Shown in pieces: positions 1-6,672 of a stretch of 17,894 nt of DNA. The position numbers and the translations under genes were made by a program. The stretch is from Thermostichus sp. DRC_bins_24 (GTDB taxonomy: Bacteria > Cyanobacteriota > Cyanobacteriia > Thermostichales > Thermostichaceae). Where the stretch lies: contig JAUQVK010000102.1 in assembly GCA_039794845.1 (NCBI GenBank), positions 1-17,894 of the forward strand, given 5' to 3'. Positions within the stretch are counted from its first letter, which is position 1. Every line of letters starts with the position of its first letter. The notes below the pieces were generated by a model. It made no database searches. It was not told where the DNA came from and worked only from the letters and a program-made list of their open reading frames with translations.

Positions 1-2
1 AC

Positions 3-1094
3 GGTAAGTTGTCTACCCAGTTTAATATCGGTGGCCTGGTTGCAGCTTCTACCAATCCCAATGACCAGAGAATTCGTGTCAACACAACCTTTCGGGCAGT
101 CAATACCGACGACGAAGGACGCTTTTTGGCAAATTTAAGCCTCACAGTACGGCGTATCTTAGTCAGCACCAACGGCAATCAAATTGTTCTAGAAGGTGAT
201 TCTGCTCTCATTGTACGTACCACTGGGGTGTTGTTTGAAGATGGTGGCCCTGGCCCTGAAGGCGAGAACCTAGCAGCAGGATCCTTTGTCAATCCAGACG
301 ACGAAGGCGTGACGGCAATTATGCAGACAGGCAGTTTCTCCGCTAGCTTTGTCGTTCGGCAGCGTGGCATTGCCGGTGACGGGGGAGGGGAAGATCCTCT
401 TTCTCTGCTGGCACGCCTAAACTTCCAGCCTAACCAGGCAGAAATTGTGTATCGTCCAAACCAAGTAGGAACACAATCTGTTCTCTTTGCCCCTGATCCA
501 ACCCGCCCCAATATCCTAACCAACCAGCTGGTTCAGATTCGTCGCTTACTCAACGGACGAGTACAAGCAGAGTTTGATCCGGCCAATACCAGCACAGTTT
601 TGAACTTTGTACAGGTCAGTCCACCTCCTGAACCTTTCCCTACCCCGATTCCACAGTTACCTCCACCTGCTCGACCTGGAGCACCTACCGCCTTTGACTA
701 TTTCTTCTCAATGCGAACAGAGCGTTCTACTGGAACTCTGCCAGGTAGCCCAGTTGAAGGCACTAATTTGAGCCCTGTCATTATTCAGGGGATTGTGCCG
801 ACCACCGGTGATTTTCTCTTCCGTAACCTTGCCGGGGTTCAAATGGCTGGGCCATTTAACCGGGCTGATATTGGTGGATCCTTACTGAGAGGCAACTTAG
901 TTCTTGTCTTTGATTCAACAACTTCCAGCTCTGATATCTCTGGCCAATTCTTTATTGAGCAAGAGTTTCCCACTGACAATCAAGTAATAGGGCCGAATCC
1001 GCCAACCGGAGATGGAGATACAGGTTCCCCTGATACTGGAGGGGTTATTTTGATCATCCGCGGGTTCTTTAATGGTGCTCAGGTTCGCCTTTGA
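3..1094 (+). CDS. Hypothetical protein, 5'-truncated by the window edge; beta-rich domains joined by a Pro-rich linker (probably secreted/surface)
   Basis: Frame is open from position 3 (ggt aag ttg...) to TGA at 1092-1094, so the true start probably lies upstream of the window. Rich in Gly/Thr/Asn/Pro/Val, with linker SPPPEPFPTPIPQLPPPARPGAP. Many A/T-ending codons. No family recognised. Confidence 0.75.
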   Translation, partial: GKLSTQFNIGGLVAASTNPNDQRIRVNTTFRAVNTDDEGRFLANLSLTVRRILVSTNGNQIVLEGDSALIVRTTGVLFEDGGPGPEGENLAAGSFVNPDDEGVTAIMQTGSFSASFVVRQRGIAGDGGGEDPLSLLARLNFQPNQAEIVYRPNQVGTQSVLFAPDPTRPNILTNQLVQIRRLLNGRVQAEFDPANTSTVLNFVQVSPPPEPFPTPIPQLPPPARPGAPTAFDYFFSMRTERSTGTLPGSPVEGTNLSPVIIQGIVPTTGDFLFRNLAGVQMAGPFNRADIGGSLLRGNLVLVFDSTTSSSDISGQFFIEQEFPTDNQVIGPNPPTGDGDTGSPDTGGVILIIRGFFNGAQVRL

Positions 1095-1170
1095 TACTCA
1101 AGTAGCAACTTGTTGTCCAGTTCAAGATATAGTTACTCCAAATAAGAGCGATACACTTTTTGATTCTTGA

Positions 1171-1211
1171 CTCCCCTCTCCCGCTCTGGGAGAGGGGCTA
1201 GGAGGTGAGGG
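1171..1211. repeat. PIT/BoxC-like potential intrastrand-triplex repeat (hairpin plus third purine tract)
   Basis: CCCCTCTCCC (1173-1182) - GCTCT - GGGAGAGGGG (1188-1197) is a perfect 10-bp inverted repeat. It is followed by CTA-GGAGGTGAGGG (1198-1211), an imperfect mirror copy of the purine arm. Lies between convergent genes. Confidence 0.75.
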
Positions 1212-1282
1212 ATCTGCTTCAGCCTCAATTGCAATGACTATATCTTTAGGCTTGGTCACTGTGGCTGAGCCTTTTGTATTGG

Positions 1283-2845
1283 CTAAATCTTGGGCATATC
1301 CTCCAACACCACCTGCGCACAATTATGGCCAGGGATCCCGGTTACCCCTCCGCCGGGATGAGCTCCTGAACCACACAAATAAAGACCCGTTAGGGGAGAG
1401 CGATAATCGGCAAAGCCGGAGATGGGCCGCAGGGTGTAGCTTTGGTCAGGGGTAATTTCTCCGTGAAAAATGCTGCCCCCCATCAGGCCAAACCGTGCTT
1501 CCAGGTCCACAGGCGACAACATCTGCCGCGCAATGACTGCATTTTTGATATTGGGGGCAAATTGGGCAATTTTATCGATCACCCGGTCGGCAAATTCTTC
1601 TCGCAGGCCATCGTTCCAATCTCGCCCCTTGGGTTGATAGGGCACAAACTGACAAAAACAAGAAAGGATATGTTTGCCCGCCGGGGCCATCGTTCGATCG
1701 GTGGGAGATTGGCTATAGATCTCGATAAAAGGATCCCGAGAAGGGATCCCGTACTTGTAGTCATCCCAGGCCCGCTCCAGGTAGGCCACCGAAGGGGCAA
1801 TATCCACCGTTGCCGAACTCACCACCTCTGGGGCAATCTCAGCTGGGGCAGCCGTATAGCGGGGCAGTTCTTCCAGGGCTAGGTTCAGCTTGTAAACGGG
1901 GCCAGAGGTGCGGTAGTTCCGTTCCAGGTGGGCCCGAAACTCTTGCGGCAGGGATCCTTGGGGGCAGAGTTTCAAAAAGGTGATCTGGGGATGGGCATTG
2001 GAGAGTACAACCCGAGCGCGAATCGTCTCACCCGATTCCAGCACCACTCCGGTGGCTTGCCCGGCCTCAACCAAAATCTCTCCCACCGGCGCAGATGTGC
2101 GAATCTCCACTCCCAAATCCAAGGCTGCCTTGGCCATCGCCTGGGTAATCGCCCCCATGCCCCCCCGCACATAGCCCCAGACACCCCGCATCCCGATCGC
2201 CCGACCCACCGCATGGATTAACCAAACATAGGGAGTGCCGGGAGTCATCGGCCCAGCCGCCGTGCCAATCAAAGATTGTGGCGCCATCGCCGCCTTCACT
2301 GGATCCGACTCAAAAAACTCATCCAGCAAATCTGTGGTGGAGAGCAGCATAATGCGGCGAAAATCATCCTCATACCCCGCCTGAGCGAAGCGATCCGCCA
2401 GTTGCCCCAGTGAAATGGGAGGCTGCATCAGGGTGGGTTCGATCACCTCATTCACCCGATCCCAAAAGTCTTCCCAGCGGTCGTAGGCTTCGGCATCTTT
2501 TACGGAAAACTTGGCAATTTCCTCCTTGCTTTTGGCGCGGTTGTCGGCGTAAAGGAAGAGGTGTTGCCCATCCGGGAAGGGCATGAAGTAAGAGGGCTGC
2601 TTGGCATACACCTCAAAGCCGTAGTCTGGCAAGCGCAAATCCCGAATGATCTCGGGCCGCAACAAACTGCAAGAGTAAGAAGCCACCGACACGCGAAACC
2701 CGGGGTGAATTTCTTCGGTAATCGCCGCCCCACCGACGGTGTGATAGCGCTCTAGTACCAGCACTTTTTTGCCCGCCTTGGCCAAATAACAAGCACTGAC
2801 CAACCCGTTGTGGCCACCCCCGATCACCACCGCGTCGTAGCTCAT
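1283..2845 (-). CDS. NAD(P)/FAD-dependent oxidoreductase, phytoene dehydrogenase-related (COG1233; PYROXD2-like)
   Basis: N-terminal Rossmann motif YDAVVIGGGHNGLVSACYLAKAG, then GGAAITEE, PGFRVSVASYSCSLLRPEIIRDL, WGYVRGGMGAITQAM and C-terminal GLYLCGSGAHPGGGVTGIPGHNCA. ATG at 2845 is preceded by AAGGA; 520 aa. Confidence 0.9.
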   Translation of the reverse strand: MSYDAVVIGGGHNGLVSACYLAKAGKKVLVLERYHTVGGAAITEEIHPGFRVSVASYSCSLLRPEIIRDLRLPDYGFEVYAKQPSYFMPFPDGQHLFLYADNRAKSKEEIAKFSVKDAEAYDRWEDFWDRVNEVIEPTLMQPPISLGQLADRFAQAGYEDDFRRIMLLSTTDLLDEFFESDPVKAAMAPQSLIGTAAGPMTPGTPYVWLIHAVGRAIGMRGVWGYVRGGMGAITQAMAKAALDLGVEIRTSAPVGEILVEAGQATGVVLESGETIRARVVLSNAHPQITFLKLCPQGSLPQEFRAHLERNYRTSGPVYKLNLALEELPRYTAAPAEIAPEVVSSATVDIAPSVAYLERAWDDYKYGIPSRDPFIEIYSQSPTDRTMAPAGKHILSCFCQFVPYQPKGRDWNDGLREEFADRVIDKIAQFAPNIKNAVIARQMLSPVDLEARFGLMGGSIFHGEITPDQSYTLRPISGFADYRSPLTGLYLCGSGAHPGGGVTGIPGHNCAQVVLEDMPKI

Positions 2846-2904
2846 CAGCCATCCTTCTACAAGTTCTTCTTCACCCACAATACTCCCGGCTGCCCGACGT
2901 TGAC

Positions 2905-3402
2905 CTACTGAAAAAGGATCCCGTGCTCGATCTGAATATCCAGAATCGGATCCTGAATTACGCCGGCCGTAAAAATCTGTCGGGAGTCAAGGGAGGTGTA
3001 AATGGCCACCGCTTCCAAAGTGGGATCCACCAGCCAACAAGAACGGATCCCCAGGGCAAAGTAAATCTGGAACTTTTCCAGGATTTCATCGGATCCCTGG
3101 CGGGGAGAGAGAATTTCCACGGCCAGCAAGGGAACTTCCCGCATTCGCAAAACATCCCGGGGTCGGCTTAACCCCCGTTTTGGAAACAGGCACAAATCCG
3201 GCTTCACCTCATCCCGATTTTTCAACCCCAACGCGTCCCAATCGAGATGACTCAGATCTAGACTCAACTCCGCGCAGGCAGTGTATTGCTCATTGTCCAA
3301 CAGTTTGCCCAGCCGCACTTGCAAATAGCTGTGATTAAAGGATCCCATCTCCGCATCGGTAACCTGTGCCACATCAGGACTATTTGCCGTCAACTCAGCC
3401 AT
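2905..3402 (-). CDS. Uma2-family (DUF820) putative restriction endonuclease-like protein
   Basis: Motifs H-x2-LQ, VKPDLCLF, PLLAVEILSP and K-x2-IY-x2-LGIRSCWLVDP are typical of cyanobacterial Uma2 PD-(D/E)xK proteins. ATG at 3402 gives 165 aa. Confidence 0.9.
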   Translation of the reverse strand: MAELTANSPDVAQVTDAEMGSFNHSYLQVRLGKLLDNEQYTACAELSLDLSHLDWDALGLKNRDEVKPDLCLFPKRGLSRPRDVLRMREVPLLAVEILSPRQGSDEILEKFQIYFALGIRSCWLVDPTLEAVAIYTSLDSRQIFTAGVIQDPILDIQIEHGILFQ

Positions 3403-3449
3403 CGTATAACCCCAGCCAGTCAATCTCGCTTGCTTAAGCTAGCACCGCC

Positions 3450-3477
3450 AAAAAGGGGATCTCCAACCAAGGGATCC
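3450..3477 (-). terminator. Degenerate rho-independent terminator-like hairpin, resembling the psaB terminator
   Basis: Minus strand reads GGATCCC-TTGGTT-GGAGATCC-CC-TTTTT (imperfect stem plus U5), 29 nt downstream of the 149-aa ORF. Confidence 0.4.
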
Positions 3478-3505
3478 AGCACGGAGCTAGGGCGGAAGAT
3501 GAAAT

Positions 3506-3955
3506 CTACGTTTGCTTCGCTGTTTCGCTCTTTTTAGACCTAAAGATCTCCCAGAGAACATGCAGCAACTTGTAAGTGGGAAGCAATAGCAAGAACGCTA
3601 AAACCTTCCAATGGCCGCGACTCAAAATAATATCAATTGGGCAACGGCAGAATACTGCCCAAAAGACCAATATAGAAACAAAGGGAGTTAAGGCAGATGC
3701 AACTGACTTTGAATATCGATAGCTCCAGTATTTCGAGAGTTTATCTAGCCCCCAAGATGCCAAATCAGAAAGGAGAAGGGCAAAAATTAAATGTAGCAGA
3801 AAGGTACGAGCTAGGGGATATCCTGCCACCCAGAGGAATAAACCTCCAACTGCCACAGATGCTGACGTGATTAAGATTTTTTCAACGAGACTAACCAAAA
3901 GACTGGTCAAAGTATTTTTCTGGCTTTCATGACCTTCTGACAAGGTGCCCAACAT
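3506..3955 (-). CDS. Hypothetical integral membrane protein (about 4 TM segments), AT-rich
   Basis: 149-aa ORF with AAGGA upstream of the ATG. Hydrophobic stretches ILITSASVAVGGLFLWVAGY, FLLHLIFALLL, ALTPFVSILVFWAVFC and VLAFLLLLP; basic C-terminal tail. Confidence 0.7.
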   Translation of the reverse strand: MLGTLSEGHESQKNTLTSLLVSLVEKILITSASVAVGGLFLWVAGYPLARTFLLHLIFALLLSDLASWGLDKLSKYWSYRYSKSVASALTPFVSILVFWAVFCRCPIDIILSRGHWKVLAFLLLLPTYKLLHVLWEIFRSKKSETAKQT

Positions 3956-4121
3956 TTTTCACTTTCCTTAGCTGCAATTGTGATATGTATCAACAAAATG
4001 CTTGGGACTAGCAGACTAGAAGCCTGAAAAAACGTCGTGACAGACGCCGGTTAAAAATCACCACATGCCCGTTGAGCAAACTGAGTAGTAAAAGTCCTGA
4101 AAATTCATTGGTCGCTGGTAA

Positions 4122-4187
4122 TCAATACAGTAGGACGAAGGCACAGGCTACCCCGGGAACTTTGCTGAAGAGAGAGCGAGTCATCAT
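4122..4187 (-). CDS. Candidate 21-aa small ORF or 5' remnant of a decayed secreted-protein gene (MMTRSLFSKVPGVACAFVLLY)
   Basis: SD-like AGGAGAGG (4202-4195) 7 nt before ATG ATG at 4187; TGA at 4124-4122. Signal-peptide-like composition (basic N-terminus then hydrophobic). Confidence 0.3.
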   Translation of the reverse strand: MMTRSLFSKVPGVACAFVLLY

Positions 4188-4354
4188 GCAGTAGCCTCTC
4201 CTACATCTGATAATTGAGACTTTTACTCAATAAGGTCAGTCTATTTAGGTTTAGACAAAAGATCAATCGGATTCCGTGAAACTTGATAGAAACTTAACAT
4301 TTAAATCCTTACGACCCTTTACGCCGAGGATGCACCAGCACGTTCGCTAGCACC

Positions 4355-4386
4355 AAAAAAAGGGATCCCCACTCCATGGGGATCCC
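4355..4386 (-). terminator. Rho-independent terminator of psaAB
   Basis: GGGATCCCCA (4362-4371) / TGGGGATCCC (4377-4386) form a perfect 10-bp stem with a 5-nt loop, followed on the minus strand by U7 (4361-4355). Starts 31 nt after the psaB stop. Confidence 0.9.
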
Positions 4387-4417
4387 CTTAGGCTTTATTC
4401 AAATCGGGATTGACCCG

Positions 4418-6652
4418 CTAGCCAAACTGTGAGGCCGTCGAAGCAATCACAAAGGCCGCGTAGGTCAGCACGTAACCCACCGTGAAGTGGGCCAGACCCA
4501 CCAAACGACCTTGTACAATCGACATCGCCACCGGCTTATCTTTCCAGCGGATCAGCTTGGCCAAGGGGGTACGCTCGTGCGCCCACACCAAGGTCTCGAT
4601 CAGCTCTTGCCAGTAACCGCGCCAGGAGATCAAGAACATGAACCCGGTCGCCCACACCAGGTGACCGAACAGGAACATCCAGGCCCAAACCGCCAGGTTA
4701 TTCATGCCGTAGGGGTTGTAGCCGTTGATCAACTGAGCAGAGTTGGCCCAGAGATAATCCCGCAGCCAGCCCATCAGGTAGGTGGAGTTTTCGTTGAACT
4801 GGGCGGTGTTACCACTCCAAACCCCGAGTTGCTTCCAGTGCCAGTAGAAGGTGACCCAGCCGATGGTGTTTAGCATCCAGAACATGGCCAGGTAGAAGGC
4901 ATCCCACGCAGAGATATCGCAGGTGCCACCCCGACCGGGGCCATCACAGGGGAAGCTGTAACCGAAGTCCTTCTTGTCGGGCATCAGCTTAGAGCCTCGC
5001 GCATCCAACGCGCCTTTGACCAAGATCAAAGTGGTGGTGTGCAGACCCAAGGCAATGGCATGGTGCACCAAGAAGTCACCGGGACCAATGGGCAGGAACA
5101 AGGATCCATTGGGATCATTGATGGCCGACAGCCAGCCCGGCAGCCAAACGTTGCCGTAATTGGGCCAGGCGGTGGATGCAATGCTATCAGGGTTGGCCAA
5201 CAACACATCCATGCCGTAGATCAGCTTGCCATGAGAAGCCTGGATGAACTGAGCAAACAGCGGCTCAATCAAAATCTGCTTCTCCGGCGTACCGAAAGCC
5301 TGCATGACATCGTTGTGGACGTACAGCCCCAAGGTGTGGAAGCCTAAGAACAGTGAAGCCCAGCTGAGGTGGGAGATGATCGCTTCCTTGTGCTCCAGAA
5401 CCCGTGCCAGTACATTGTCCTTGTTGGCCTCGGGGTTATAATCCCGCACCAAGAAGATCGCGCCGTGGGCAAAGGCCCCCACCATCAAGAAGCCAGCGAT
5501 GTACTGGTGATGGGTGTAGAGGGCTGCCTCGGTGGTGTGATCCAAGGACATGAACACATAGGGGTTGAGGGAGTACATGTGCTGCGCCACCAGCGAAGTC
5601 ACCACCCCCAAGCAGGCCAAGTGCCAGCCCAACTGGAAGTGCAGAGATTCGTTGTAGGTGTCGTAGATCCCTTCATGGCCCCGACCCAGCAAGCCCCCAA
5701 ACGGGGTGCCCTTGGGGGGGTTGTGGGCTGCCATAATCTCCCGCATGGAGTGGCCGATACCCCAGTTGGTGCGGTACATGTGACCGGCCACGATGAAGAT
5801 CACCGCGATTGCCAAATGGTGGTGGGCCATATCCGTCAGCCACAGGGACTGAGTATTGGGGTCAAACCCACCCAAGAAGGTGAGAATGGCCGTGCCCGCA
5901 CCCTCAGCAGTACCCCAGACGTGGCTGGTGGTATCTGGGTTTTGGGCATACACCCCCCAGTTGAGGGTGAAGAAGGGCTTCAGACCCGCCGGGTGGGGCA
6001 GGGTGGTCAGGAAGTTATCCCAGCCCACGTGCTGTCCCCGGGACTCCGGGATGGCGACGTGCACCAGGTGGCCGGTCCAAGCCAAAGAACTCACCCCGAA
6101 CAAACCTGCCAAGTGGTGGTTGAGACGGGATTCGGCGTTCTTGAACCAGCTCAAGCTGGGACGGAAGCGGGGCTGGAGGTGCAACCAACCGGCAAACAGG
6201 AGGGTAGCCGCAAACAGCAGCAAACCGACGGCACCGGCGTAGAGATCCGCATTGGTGCGCAGACCGATGGTGTTGAACCAGTAATACAGGCCGGAATAAG
6301 CGGCATTGACGGGGCCGCCGCCACCGGGCTGGGTAAAGGCTTCTACGGCTGCCTTACCAAACTGGGGATCCCAGATGGCATGGGCAATGGGGGTGACCCC
6401 ACTGGGGTTGGCTACCCACTGCTCGTAGTTGCCTTGCCAGGCGATGTGAAAGACGTTGCCAGACGCCCACAGGAAGATGATCGCCAGATGGCCGAAGTGC
6501 GTCGCAAACAGCTTTTGGTAAAGCCGCTCCTCGGTCATGCCATCGTGGGTTTCAAAGTCGTGAGCGGTGGCAATGCCGTACCACAAACGACGCGTGGTGG
6601 GGTCGCTGGCAAGGTCTTGGCTGAACTGGGGAAAACGTGTTGCAGTTGCCAT
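4418..6652 (-). CDS. psaB: Photosystem I P700 chlorophyll a apoprotein A2
   Basis: [36 protein letters not shown] motif [43 protein letters not shown] at 6669-6663; 744 aa. Confidence 0.99.
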   Translation of the reverse strand: MATATRFPQFSQDLASDPTTRRLWYGIATAHDFETHDGMTEERLYQKLFATHFGHLAIIFLWASGNVFHIAWQGNYEQWVANPSGVTPIAHAIWDPQFGKAAVEAFTQPGGGGPVNAAYSGLYYWFNTIGLRTNADLYAGAVGLLLFAATLLFAGWLHLQPRFRPSLSWFKNAESRLNHHLAGLFGVSSLAWTGHLVHVAIPESRGQHVGWDNFLTTLPHPAGLKPFFTLNWGVYAQNPDTTSHVWGTAEGAGTAILTFLGGFDPNTQSLWLTDMAHHHLAIAVIFIVAGHMYRTNWGIGHSMREIMAAHNPPKGTPFGGLLGRGHEGIYDTYNESLHFQLGWHLACLGVVTSLVAQHMYSLNPYVFMSLDHTTEAALYTHHQYIAGFLMVGAFAHGAIFLVRDYNPEANKDNVLARVLEHKEAIISHLSWASLFLGFHTLGLYVHNDVMQAFGTPEKQILIEPLFAQFIQASHGKLIYGMDVLLANPDSIASTAWPNYGNVWLPGWLSAINDPNGSLFLPIGPGDFLVHHAIALGLHTTTLILVKGALDARGSKLMPDKKDFGYSFPCDGPGRGGTCDISAWDAFYLAMFWMLNTIGWVTFYWHWKQLGVWSGNTAQFNENSTYLMGWLRDYLWANSAQLINGYNPYGMNNLAVWAWMFLFGHLVWATGFMFLISWRGYWQELIETLVWAHERTPLAKLIRWKDKPVAMSIVQGRLVGLAHFTVGYVLTYAAFVIASTASQFG

Positions 6653-6672
6653 GGTTCAATTTCCTCCTTGCC

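Noticed and set aside
1122..1322. 66-aa ORF containing PSPPSPSPRAGEG
   Set aside because: This is a translation of the PIT-like repeat and overlaps the oxidoreductase 3' end.
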